A DNA stretch of 63,779 bases, counting the filler. It is 10 parts of 10 records of this genome, joined end to end, with 100 filler letters (N's around TTAATTAATTAA, not from the genome) between each part and the next. Parts side by side here need not be neighbours in the genome. Positions count along the whole stretch, not along the records: positions 1 to 5,196 come from SRR7504441_8806; positions 5,297 to 9,927 come from SRR7504441_8807; positions 10,028 to 14,085 come from SRR7504441_8812; 7 more parts are not named here. One strand, written 5' to 3'. Made by a program: the position numbers and the translations under genes. The notes under the pieces are model-generated. The model was not told where the DNA came from. It saw only the letters and a program-made list of their open reading frames with translations, and did no database searches. This document shows positions 1 through 10,553 of this stretch, piece by piece (position 1 is the first letter of the stretch; every line of letters starts with the position of its first letter).

Positions 1-7
1 GCAGATC

Positions 8-607
8 ATGTCCTGCCTGTGCGATCCGGACACTGGCGGGGTGCCGGCGGAGGGCCCAGTGGGGTACCACGAGACCCAGTCGTTCAACATGTGCGGCAAG
101 CACGCGCTCAACAATCTTCTCCAGCGCCCGGCCTTCAGCAAACAGCAGCTGGACCAGATCTGCTTCGAACTCACACCGACCTCCACCTTCAGCATCAACC
201 CGCACAAGTCCATCCTCCGGGGCGACTACGACGCCAACGTGCTGATGGTGGCCCTCCAGTCCGAGGGCAAGGAGCTCCGTTGGCACGACAGGCGGCAGCC
301 GGTGGCTGAGGCAGATCTTGAGGGCGCGTTCGCGCTGATCCTGAACAAGGACAACAGCTCGCTGCTGTGGAGCAGCCGGCACTGGCTGGCGATCCGGCGG
401 ATGGAGGACGGGCGGTTTTGGAATTTGGACTCCAAGCTGGCAGGCCCGCGGCTGATTGGGGACAGAGCGGCGCTTGAGGGGATGGTAGAGGAAGAGCTGG
501 CCGCGGACGGGCAGGCCGAGCTGCTGCTGGTGTATGACCAGCCGGCGGATCCGGATGGCGCGGCTGCAGAGGGGGAGACGGACAGCGCAGCGCCGGGCGA
601 TAGCTGA
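8..607 (+). CDS. Josephin-domain deubiquitinase (JOSD1/2-like)
   Basis: Intronless ORF with YHETQ..CGKHALNNLLQ (catalytic Cys), HWLAIR (His) and NLDS motifs of the Josephin family. Confidence 0.9.
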   Translation: MSCLCDPDTGGVPAEGPVGYHETQSFNMCGKHALNNLLQRPAFSKQQLDQICFELTPTSTFSINPHKSILRGDYDANVLMVALQSEGKELRWHDRRQPVAEADLEGAFALILNKDNSSLLWSSRHWLAIRRMEDGRFWNLDSKLAGPRLIGDRAALEGMVEEELAADGQAELLLVYDQPADPDGAAAEGETDSAAPGDS

Positions 608-647
608 AGAGTTCCCCCAATGTTTGTGTCATAGCTTATAATACAAC

Positions 648-1817
648 TTATTTAGAGGTGAGGAAGTAGAGCACGTCGCCCTCTTGCACTACATAGTCCT
701 TCCCCTCCGTCCTCACCTTCCCCGCCTCCCGCGCCTGCTTGCCCCCGCCCAGCGCCACTAGATCGTCATACCCCGTCACCTCCACCCGTATAAAACCCTT
801 CTCAAAGTCGCTATGAATCACCCCGGCTGCTTGCGGTGCGGCGCACCCTTTCGGAATCGTCCAGGCGCGCGTCTCAGCCTCGCCCGAAGTAAAGTAAGTC
901 CGCAGCCCCAGCAGCTCATACGCGTCCCGCACCAGAGCGCGCAGCCCAGTCAGCTGTCCGGCCGCCACCCCCAACGACTCGAGCATCTCGTCACGCTCCG
1001 GGCCTGCCTCCAGTTCGACTAATTCGGCCTCTACTTGAGCGGACACCAGCACACAGCCCGCGCCCTCACCCGACGCATGCTCCCTCAGCCTGTCCGCGTG
1101 CCCGTTCCCGTCCGCCAGCTGGTCGTCTGCCACGTTCGCCGCGTAGATCACCGGCTTGCCGGAGAGCAGGCCCAGCCCGCGAACTGCGTCGCTCTCCTCC
1201 TCGTTCAACCCAGCTGAGCGGGCCGGCACCCCCTCCTCGAGCGCCGCCTGCAGCTTGGCCAGCGCCGGCAGCTCGTGCGGCCCGGCTGGCTGCTTGCGTG
1301 CCCGGCCGGCCCGTTTCTCTACTTGGGCCAGGTCTGCAAGCACCAGCTCGAGGCCGATCACCTCCGCGTCGCTCACCGGGTCCACTCTGCCATCAACGTG
1401 CACCACGTTGGTGTCCTCGAAGCAGCGGACCACGTGCACCAGCAGGTCGCACTCCCGGACGTTGGCAAGGAACTGGTTCCCGAGCCCCTGGCCCTGGGAG
1501 GCCCCCTTGACCAGCCCGGCGATGTCAACGAACTCCAGGCTGGCCCCAACCACCCGAGCGGATCGGCTCAGCCCGGCCAGCACAGCCAGCCGCGGGTCTG
1601 GGACCGCGACCGCCCCCACGTTCGGCTCGATCGTGCAGAACGGGAAGTTGGCCGCCTCCGCGGCTTGGCTTTCGGTGAGTGCATTGAACAGGGTGCTCTT
1701 CCCCACGTTGGGCAGCCCCAGAATCCCGGTGCGCAGCTTGCTCCAGGCCGCTGCGCTCCCCGAGAAGCTTCTGGCGCAGCCCGGTACAGGCCTCCATACA
1801 AGCCGGAGTCCAATCAT
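648..1817 (-). CDS. ychF: YchF/Obg-like ATPase with probable organellar (mitochondrial) transit peptide
   Basis: GLPNVGKSTLFNALT, ANFPFCTIEPN, DIAGLVKGAS, AAGVIHSDF and C-terminal TGS (EGKDYVVQEGD); Arg/Ser-rich N-terminal extension without acidic residues. Confidence 0.93.
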   Translation of the reverse strand: MIGLRLVWRPVPGCARSFSGSAAAWSKLRTGILGLPNVGKSTLFNALTESQAAEAANFPFCTIEPNVGAVAVPDPRLAVLAGLSRSARVVGASLEFVDIAGLVKGASQGQGLGNQFLANVRECDLLVHVVRCFEDTNVVHVDGRVDPVSDAEVIGLELVLADLAQVEKRAGRARKQPAGPHELPALAKLQAALEEGVPARSAGLNEEESDAVRGLGLLSGKPVIYAANVADDQLADGNGHADRLREHASGEGAGCVLVSAQVEAELVELEAGPERDEMLESLGVAAGQLTGLRALVRDAYELLGLRTYFTSGEAETRAWTIPKGCAAPQAAGVIHSDFEKGFIRVEVTGYDDLVALGGGKQAREAGKVRTEGKDYVVQEGDVLYFLTSK

Positions 1818-1956
1818 CGCCGGATCCGCTGCAAATCGCCGACCGGGTCAAAATCCGTTATGATGAGCTGCAGCTGTCGTCCAACATTTCGATGAGCTCT
1901 CTGTATATCACGTGCATGGGTACCCCGCAGGCGCCACGTCCAGCAGGCCGCATGCC

Positions 1957-2777
1957 ATGGAGCTCTCCGGCTGGTCGTGCAACTCGCCAGCCGTCGACCC
2001 CTTCCCGGGGCTGGCCCCCAGCGACGTAGCGGAGCTAGACAAATTGATCGAGGACCTCATCCAGACCGAGCACATCGACGAGCTGCTCATCTCCCCCCGC
2101 TGGCAGCCCCCGCTGCCCGAGCTGCCCCCGCCCGAGCTGCCCCCTCCGGACGAGCCGGGACTCTCCCCGCCGCCTGAGCTCCGACGGCATCCGTTGTTCG
2201 CCAAGCTCTCGGCAGTTGCGCGCGAGTGCAAGCGGCTCGGGCTGGACCTACCCCCGATCCACCGGGCCAAGCGGCTGTGCCCGAGTGACGACGGCTCGTC
2301 CGGGGCTCAGCTGCCCGAGGAGCTCGTCCGGTCGATCCGAGAGTCGATCGGGTTTCTGCACCGGATGAGGGTCTGCGAATTGGAGCTGCGGAGCATGCAG
2401 GACAAATGGTGCGATGAGTACCAGCCGGACACCTCGCATCTGTGCAAGATCCTGGCGGTCAAGCCGGCACCCCCGGGCCAGCCGCTGGCCAAGGGGGCGT
2501 ATCCTCCTGAGATCACTGGAATGCTTACTTGCTGGTGAGCGTGGCAGTTGTCGGAGCTGAGGCGGCTGGGCAGGTTTCACGATCATTTTGAGAATCCTTA
2601 CCCGAATGAGCAGGCCCTGGTCGAGCTGGCGGCAGCCACAGGGCTATCGCAGTCGCAGGTGAGCCGCTTGGCTGGCTCTAGTTGGCAGCTTGTGAGGGCC
2701 AGATCAAGAATTGGTTCATCAATCGCCGGAAGCGAAATCTGCCTCATATGGTAAACCAAACCTCCATGGCCATGTGA
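1957..2777 (+). CDS. TALE-class homeodomain transcription factor with MEIS/KNOX-like MEINOX region
   Basis: Removing GT-AG introns 2535-2573 and 2659-2702 gives CWFHDHFENPYPNEQ...TGLSQSQIKNWFINRRKR (PYP loop, WFIN). Upstream HPLFAKL..EC and PEEL..WCDEY blocks resemble the MEINOX subdomains. Confidence 0.88.
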
Positions 2778-3088
2778 CGAGCTTTCGTCAACTTTGCTAT
2801 TCTTTCTGATATCACCATGCAGTATAATCTGCCGACGTTGTGTCCAGTCATTCATAGGGCAACCTGAAGTAATTAGTTGGGGTAAGGTTGCAAGCTACTG
2901 ACACAAATCTTGTACAGTACGAGTACCGTACATGTGTAATTATAATTAATCATAGTTATGATAAAAATTAAGGAACCTTATGTGGTTCTTCCCGACTTTC
3001 TAATCAATTTACTTATATACTTATCATAAAAACCATCGCGAGAAGAAGAATCGAGAACAAATTTGCTCGTTCTATGGTCGCCCTTGGG

Positions 3089-4211
3089 CTACAACTTGAT
3101 TGGCTTTGTTCGGCAAGCGGTCCCTTGCTTGCTTGCCATCACTTTCCCGTACTTGATGCACGCCTTGACCATGTTCTCAAGACCCGGTTTCTGCCACCCA
3201 ATCAACTGGCCGGTCTGGCACACGCAGGCACCAGCATGCTTTTAGTAGCCCAGTTGATAAGCCAATTCGGGAGACTTCCGCCTGGGTCTTCAAAATAAAA
3301 TGTAACGATCTCCACTCCACCCTGCTCCATCTTCCTGATCGCCACTGTACTCTTGTAATTCTCTACTCGCACGCATTTCTTATTTGCGTGCTCCCGGCTG
3401 CCCCACAGGTCACACGCCGTATGCAGTCGTGCCCGACCAGTCATGCTCGAGTGCCTCAGCAATGATCAAGCTCCAATCTGTCTCGTCCATCCGCCCTGCA
3501 GCAAGGCCGTCACGCAACCCGCTGGGCCCGGCCACCTCTCCGATGAAAGTAATAGTCTCTGTTGGTCATGGGGAACGGCCAATTCACGTGCCAATACAAT
3601 ATCAGTTCACCATCCTCGCCTCCGACGTGCAACAGTTCTGTCCACACCGGCTCGCTGGCCGCTCGGGCCTGCGCGCGCCTTTGCAGGTGTCGTCCCACTC
3701 AGGCCAGTACTTAACGTCCATGAGGAAATGGTACAGCAGCGACGGGTCGCGCAGCTCTGAGCAGCGCCAGTGCACTGACCAAAGGAACAGCTCCTAACTG
3801 TGGCTCAGTCTAGACCCGGGTGCGGCCGCACCCCCTGCGGCTCCCGGTACACCGTGAGGTTCTCCTCGTCCAGCATCTTCTCCATCGGCGCCCACCGCTC
3901 CCCCGCGGCCCTCACCTCGTCCAGCGCCTCGGCGAGCGACCGGTCGGAGATCCTGCCAACGGATCCCACGAGCACCCCACGGCCGGCACGCACCGGGTCG
4001 GATCGTCCCAGACTGACTCGCGCGCCGCCGCCCGTGGGGTGCTCTGGGCGCTGGGCGGGCCGTCCGACATGTCGCTGCACGATTCGGCCGAGGCGAACAG
4101 GTCAGACTCCCGCTCAGAGACTGCCCTTGCCCGGGCCCCGAGCGCCGGGACCGGCCTCATCGAGCGCCGAGGCCTGGCCGACTTCACCTCGGAACCGCCG
4201 CAACACCCCAT
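3089..4211 (-). CDS. START-domain lipid-transfer protein (PCTP/STARD2/7-like), N-terminal MGCCG acylation motif
   Basis: Six introns of 38-41 nt (one GC-AG, 3638-3678) join PEWDDTC, YWHVNWPFPMTNRDY and DPGGSLPNWLINW. Confidence 0.85.
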
Positions 4212-4309
4212 CTCGCAGCACAAACGCGCCCGGGAGAGGAAAGCCTGGTCTGACCGGCCGTGCGCTGCCGAGCCGAGTGGCGTTTCACGGTTTGTTTCCG
4301 TTGGCGGGA

Positions 4310-5196
4310 ATGGACAGGCGAGGTGGGGCAGGCGAGGTTGGGCCGCTGGACCTGGCGGCGGTGCGGGTGCTGCGGCAGCTGGCCGAGAAATGGACTGGTG
4401 GCCCGCGGGGCGGTGAGGCCACTGCCCAGCTGCTCCACCGAGACGTGCTGGCCTCGGCCGGCCCGAAGGCCCTGGCCACGTTCTCGCCCAATTTCCTGCC
4501 GCGGGTCTTTAGCAAGCTGCTAACTGCCGACCGGCCCGAGGGCGACATGCTCAAGTTCCACAACTTCTGCGCGCTCTGCACTCTGGCGCTCCCCAGGCTG
4601 CTCAAGGCCGGCAAGACCAGCCTGGCTCAGCCCAACGACCTGGAGCTGCTGAGGAGGGTTGCCGACGAGAGCCTAAGAGACACCCAGGCCCGGGCAGAGA
4701 CTCAACTGGCCAACGCCGCGGCCCGGGAGCAGCAAGAAACGCTGCAGCGCCGGCAGGAGGCCGAGGCGGGCCTGTTCAGGATGCTGAGCCGCGGGGAATC
4801 GCACTGCCGCACCACGGATCTCGAACCGATCCGGAGCTGCGACGCGCTCGGCGGTGGTGCCTGGCTGCTGCGGCTGTGGCTGACGGCTGTGGCGGCAGGG
4901 TTCTGGGGGCGGTTCGGGCGGCTCGAGGACTCGCAAGTCTCGGTGGCCGAGTTTGTCGATTGGATCGATGTCGAACTGCCCCGAGACGAGATCCGGTTTA
5001 TTCGAGTGGTTGAGAGGCTCGAGGCGGCAGCGCAACTGGCGGTGGATGGCGAGGCCAAGTCGCCCAAGCAGCAGTTGGAGCAGGCGCAGGATGCGAGCAG
5101 GGAGGCCAGGCGGAGGGCACAACGGCTGGAGGCTTATCATTGCTCATCGAGGAAGCAGCTGCTGAGAGCAGTGCATCGGGAGATGGACCCGGATCA
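4310..5196 (+). CDS. Hypothetical coiled-coil/EF-hand-like protein, 3'-truncated by contig end
   Basis: Open frame from ATG 4310 to the gap; helical, Q/E/R-rich; weak EF-hand-like VSVAEFVDW. Confidence 0.45.
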
Positions 5197-5296
5197 NNNN
5201 NNNNNNNNNNNNNNNNNNNNNNNNNNNNNNNNNNNNNNNNTTAATTAATTAANNNNNNNNNNNNNNNNNNNNNNNNNNNNNNNNNNNNNNNNNNNN
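5197..5296. other. Artificial contig linker N44-TTAATTAATTAA-N44 (also 9928-10027, 14086-14185, 21413-21512, 26181-26280, 29540-29639, 35921-36020, 45570-45669, 59448-59547)
   Basis: Nine identical 100-nt blocks carrying stops in all six frames; genes are cut at these points. Confidence 0.98.
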
Positions 5297-5374
5297 GGTG
5301 ATCATCGGTGGGGTGATTCGTCACCCAAATTCAATTCATTAATTAAATGCATTCACAACCATTGCCTCGTGTTG

Positions 5375-7474
5375 CTATAAAGCTGTAACCGACCGGGGCA
5401 AGAAGATCGATGTGCGTAAACTTGCCATGAAGCGTTGCTGGTACGGCCTCGGGGGTATGCATGAGAGGCCCCGCCATTCGGAGCAGCGCGTGACTGACTT
5501 CATCAACAACTCCGCCCGCTTGGCTAGATCATACTGCTGCAGCACGTCTATCAGCCCCGCGCACACCAACACCCCGCCGTGCTCTATATGCGCCGCCGCA
5601 GCTCCGATCGGGTCTGGCCCTCGGTTGCAGCAAGGGTGCATCACGCACGCAGTTCTAGTCGACGCCACAGCTCGGCTCTGCACGAGCGTCAGCAGTAGCG
5701 AGTAGTCCATTATCCGGTGCGCCGACAGCCACTGCGAGTCGGCCTCCAGCTGCGCCATCAGCTCATCCAGCGCGCGCTTGTCCACACGCAGTGGCTCAGC
5801 CCAGTCGGCGTCCTTGAGTGTGCCGCACCCCTTGGCACTCCGGTTGATCCAGGAGCCCTTCAGGTCGTAAGAGCACTGCTCGAGCTCAGCTAGATCAAGC
5901 CCGCGCAGCGTGCTATTGACATTGGCCATCACCAGGAAATGCGCCGGCTCGCCTCTCGGACCGTACCTGCAAGCTCTTCAGCCGGCACAGTAGATGCTGC
6001 GGCTCACCTGAGCGCATGACATCCGTAGAATTGGGGCAGCATTGTGTGCGGGTTGGCTCGAACGTAGTCCAGGTAGTCGGGCAGGATGCTCTGGAGCAGC
6101 CGGAGCTCGCCGGGCGCCATGCTCTTGACCATATACTTTGCGTCGTGCGTGAAGTAGAAGAAACTTCCCGACCTGCTGTTACTCACCTGCTGCCGGTCAG
6201 CAGCGCAAGCTGGGCACAAAGACCTGCATCTCGAGCCCGTTTCGAGCATACGTCTGCTGGATCGAGAGCGCGTACTCGGCTGAGTCCACCTTGAAAGCCG
6301 TGCGCAGCATCGCAAACTCCTCCGCTGCGTAGTCTATGAACGAGAACACGCCCCCGAACTGAGATAGCTGGCCCTTCCAGGCTCTCTGGCTAGTCCTGTG
6401 CGCACCAGAGTCCTCTGCCAGCAGCAGTGACGACTGCCGGGAGGAGAACGAGCTGAGTGTGACTAGAGATTGGCTGTTGGACCGATCGGGCAACTCGGTG
6501 AGATTATCCGTGTGGTCGATAGTCTCTACGATACCCCGAGTGATGCACTCCAGACTCTCCTGCCTGAGCCGCACGTCGAGCCACGAGAAGTCCGGCGAGC
6601 CTGAGCCTCGGAAGTTGCCGTGCCAATCGTAGTCGAAGTAGGCGCACACGATAGCCTGTTTGGGGTTGCGAGGATCGGGCGTGAGCAAGGTGGCTACTGA
6701 GCTCGTGAGCAGTACCACGAAGATAGCCAGCACGTTCACCTTGACCAGATCCTCCCAGACCGTCTCCTTCTCGAGCGCTGGAAGCACGCAGGGGCCTGTT
6801 AGCTTGATCAGCATGGACGCCAGCATGGTGACGGCCTCTGCTAGATTAAGCCAGCAGTAGAGCCCGATGGCGCCCGACTCCGCGCCTCCGACCGTGTGTG
6901 GGATGCTCCTTGTAAGCAGCAACGTCCGGAGCGAGATCCAGGCCCAGGCCACTATTGTGACCAAAGCGATCGCGTCAGCCATCAGCACCGGCGTGATGCA
7001 CTGCACGCGCGTGTTCATGTTACAGATGTCGCTCTTATTTATTCCTAAGCCCTCTGCCATCAGCGTGAGCACCAGAGTGCCGGCCTGCCACAGCAGGGTG
7101 AGCGCCACGAGCTGGACCTTGACCGCAACCCCGTACGCCCTGAACGGGTTGGTGATCACCCCTTGGATCACCAGCATGCCGCAGCAGCTCCAGGACAGAA
7201 ACGACACAAACACCGTCTGCGAGAGCACCAGTGTGAGCGTGCAGTGCTGCAGCGCCCAGCCGCGCCCGTCCACGTTGGTCAGCACCAGCAGGCTGACCGG
7301 AAGCAGCAGCGCCGACAGGGCCCGGTACGAGCTGCACCGGATCCCGGCCAGTCCGCTCGCCAGCTCGGCCTTTTTGAGGAACTGGGTGGCCTTGGCGTAT
7401 ATGAGCAAGGCGGCCAGCCAGGAGATCATCCCGAGACCGCCAAGCACCAGCTCGCACAGCTCGAGCCAATCCAT
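5375..7474 (-). CDS. GPCR-PIPK fusion: multi-TM N-terminus plus phosphatidylinositol phosphate kinase domain
   Basis: About 7 hydrophobic segments, linker LRQESLECITRGI (LRxGI), then SGSFFYFTHDAKYMVK, LPQFYG, YDLKGS, LKDAD, IMDYSLL and GLIDVLQQY; two GT-AG introns (37 and 41 nt). Confidence 0.88.
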
Positions 7475-7491
7475 CCGGGGCGCCGTCACTG

Positions 7492-7515
7492 AGTCCGTTA
7501 CTTAAATAACGGACT
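7492..7515. promoter_or_regulatory. Inverted pair of YAACGGA elements in an 87-bp bidirectional promoter
   Basis: AGTCCGTTA-cttaaa-TAACGGACT is a perfect 9-bp inverted repeat between ATG 7474(-) and ATG 7562(+). Confidence 0.65.
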
Positions 7516-7561
7516 TGATCCCCGGCAACATTCCTCGACCGGCAAGGCCTCCAGTTTTCCC

Positions 7562-9276
7562 ATGGAGCCGCTGCCCGCGGGTGGGTACGAGCCGCTGCTG
7601 GGCCGGGCGGGGTCGCCGGAGCCGGGCTCACTGCTCGACCGGCTGAGCCTGTGCGTCTGGGGCCGGTACGGCCAGGGCTGCGACGATTACCAGGCGGAGG
7701 CAGTGCGAAACTGGAGGAGGGTGGACAGCTGGGGACTTCGGACTTACGCGGAGCCCAACCGGTACTGCGAGTACCCGCGGCTGTCGGGCCGGATCCCGCC
7801 CACGCCGTTGCGCAGCCTGCTAACTGAGTCGGAGAGCGCTGGGCTCGGGGAGCAACTGGACCGGAAGGCCAGGCGGCGGACGCACCGGGCGGCGCTGGTC
7901 GAGTCGCTGCTGTGCTGCGACACGGTGACCGAGCAGCTGTGGTCGCCGCTGATTGTCCAGCTCACCTACTTGGTGTGCGTGGCCTACGTGCTGTATTTGC
8001 ATTTTCATGGGGATTTTGTCTCGATCAACACAATCGAGCACCGCTGGGGGGTGCCAAACTACTTCTCGGAGTCGATATACATCGTGCTGGTGCTGCTCAG
8101 ACTGGTGCTCATAGCCGGAATGACCGTGGGTCTCTGTTGCGGCAACAATGTCTCGAGCCCGTACTACCACATCCTGCTGGCCCCAATCTGCTGGGTCGGG
8201 TTTGGGGTTCTGTTCAAGACCAACCCTTTCGGGGCCTCCGCCCCGGGCTTGAGCTACACGCTCTCCTTCCTGGAAGTGACCATCGCCGGCACCCTGATGC
8301 TGCTGCTCGCCAGCTACCTCGCAGTGGCCCTCCGGCTGGTGCTGCCCGCTGCACTCTCCCGCCGGCAGTACGCCTTCAGATACGTGAAAGAGCTGCTCTC
8401 AGACAGGCGGGCCGGCTCCGATTGCGCACAGCTGCGGTACGAAGGCACTCGAACAGCCTGGAAGAGGCAATTCTACACATGTCAGCTGGCCTCCGAGCCG
8501 GCAGCAGACAAGAGCTGCGGCTACCTTCGAGAGCTTCAGACGGAGCAGATGCGGCTAGTTTCGGCTGATGGTGTCGAATGTGAGGATTTGGTCGGGTTTG
8601 TCGCGCATCTGAAACAGAGTGGCCAGTCAGATAGAGCCATCATGGACTCGCTCTACAGGATGCAGCGCGCCAAGCTGCTCAACTTGCAGGCAGCGCGATC
8701 TCTAGCTTCTCGCTCTTCAGGATTGACCGCCACGTGATGCCAAGGGGCTTGGAAACCTTTGATTATGGCCCTGCCAGCTTTGCCGCCACAATTCTGCTCA
8801 ACGAGCACACCAATAACCCGGTAGTGACCGAGTTTGTCGACGGGCTTTGCAACTCGCCACCGGTAAACGGAATTCGCAACCTGGCTGCCCAGCTAAAGCG
8901 CACCCCGAAGGAAAAACACGACCCAGCTCTGGTGATGAAGCTGGCCGCAGCAACTGCAGCACTCGAGAGAAAGCAGGCAGCCATGACTAGAGGCGACTTA
9001 CGGGCCCAGTTTACTACTGCAGATGCTGCTGCGCTCCGCCCCTTCGCAGTTGCACGGAATCGCTGGCATCTGGCTGTGCTTCTAATGCAAAATCCGAGCT
9101 TGATGAAGTATCGGCACTTCAGACTGCCAAGACAACTAATTCCCGTCTCAATCGACCAAGCAGTCCCATTGGACGATAGTTGCAGCAGCTCAGGGGGCTC
9201 GGGCCACTACTCAGGCCACACGACAACACTCGAACTTGATGTGAAGAGCGACTGTTTGTTTACTAGTGATCAATAA
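7562..9276 (+). CDS. Multi-pass membrane protein with STRA6/RBP-receptor-like C-terminus (frame join near 8635-8720 unresolved)
   Basis: The first ORF has about 4 TM segments ending YVKELL; the second frame reads FRIDRHVMPRGLETFDYG...HTNNPVVTEF...ARNRWHLAVLLMQNPSLMKYR, resembling STRA6-family C-terminal motifs. Confidence 0.6.
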
Positions 9277-9516
9277 TCCCGGATGAACTGGAAGGCTATG
9301 GATCATGCCTACTAATGCATGCATGCGCCATTCATGACCTAGTTAGCGAATAACCGGTACGGAACCTTAATTAATGGCAAGCTTTTGCCGAGTATAAAGT
9401 TTGCTGCTGCCAATAAAGTGTTTTATACATAGCCAATAACACGCCGGTAACACTGTAAAATACAACAGACCAACAACGGAACCTTGCATCGATTCTACAT
9501 CGATTCAAGATGACTC

Positions 9517-9927
9517 TTAGTCTGTTAAGTATCCCGAAATCAGGAAGCGGTAGGCGTCGTAAAACTTCTTGGACTCTATCTCACCCGACGCACACAAATC
9601 GAGTGTACGCGCTCCAGCATCCAAAGAGAAGCACCGGCTCTCGAGCTTACTCCGCTCCTCGTCATCCACTTGGCGCTCAAACACAGCTGTCTTCATCCCC
9701 TTGATCACCCGAGTGATCCCGCTCACAGCAATCATCTGCTCTTTTGTGGCCTTGCCAAACTTGGAGGCGTAGCACACATGCCGCAGGTCGGGTGTGAGGT
9801 AGACCCACCGTTGGTGCGGGTTGCCGGCCCGGCCGTATTTGAGGAACTCGGCGCCATCAGTCAAGAGCTTGATGGTGCCAGGGCGCCACGACGTTCCTGC
9901 CAGCAACCAATCAGCTCTGGTGGGACG
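9517..9927 (-). CDS. PH-domain protein, C-terminal fragment
   Basis: GAEFLKYGRAGNPHQRWVYLT...CFSL...RTLDL pattern of PLC/PRAF-type PH domains; 5' end lost at the gap. Confidence 0.75.
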   Translation of the reverse strand, partial: RPTRADWLLAGTSWRPGTIKLLTDGAEFLKYGRAGNPHQRWVYLTPDLRHVCYASKFGKATKEQMIAVSGITRVIKGMKTAVFERQVDDEERSKLESRCFSLDAGARTLDLCASGEIESKKFYDAYRFLISGYLTD

Positions 9928-10553
9928 NNNNNNNNNNNNNNNNNNNNNNNNNNNNNNNNNNNNNNNNNNNNTTAATTAATTAANNNNNNNNNNNNNNNNN
10001 NNNNNNNNNNNNNNNNNNNNNNNNNNNCCCACCCCGATCAGCGCCAAAGCTATCTCGCCGAGGTACGCTGAGGTGCATCCTCAGCCAGAGCACAAGGTCA
10101 ACTGTTGGGACCCTGTACTCACTGGGGGAAAGCCGCCAGGTGCTCGCCCTCTCCCGCAGGCGGTCGCCCGGCTCGGGGGGACAACCAGATTGCGGGGGAT
10201 GGGTTGACACAGGCCGGTGACCGGATTGGACGAGTGCGGAAGGCCGCGGTGGATGCGTAAATGCATTTCCTCGCATCCGAAGCGGTGCGAGTATAATAGT
10301 TGGTTTACAGATGGTTTAATTAGATAAGATGGACCAAGCGGATAGATAGGTACTTCACGTTTCGTTGCTTGTACATGTATCACTTCTTGTACACTTCCTG
10401 CAACTCCGACCACCCTGGACCGTCTGAGCTGCAGCAGGACGGTACATGTATGATTTGTTATACTCGTACAAACACGTAGCGACCTAAAACTATTAAAGAG
10501 GAGCTGGCTCAAGCTCTCGTCTCTGACACAGAAAAGATGACCGAAGCATTGGC

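Noticed and set aside
648-1817. Bacterial contamination (intronless bacterial-like ychF; also the PEP-synthase-like gene)
   Set aside because: ychF has a transit-peptide-like extension and sits between eukaryotic genes on the same contig; the PEP-synthase-like gene has 14 host-type introns and is linked to a kinesin.
5241-5252. TTAATTAATTAA repeated nine times as a possible biological repeat, att site or CRISPR-like array
   Set aside because: Always centred in identical N runs and cuts genes mid-sequence; it is an artificial six-frame stop linker.
8735-8739. TGATG stop/start overlap suggesting operon-like translational coupling
   Set aside because: STRA6-like similarity (FRIDR) extends upstream of this ATG, so the ORFs are more likely parts of one gene; the overlap is probably coincidental.
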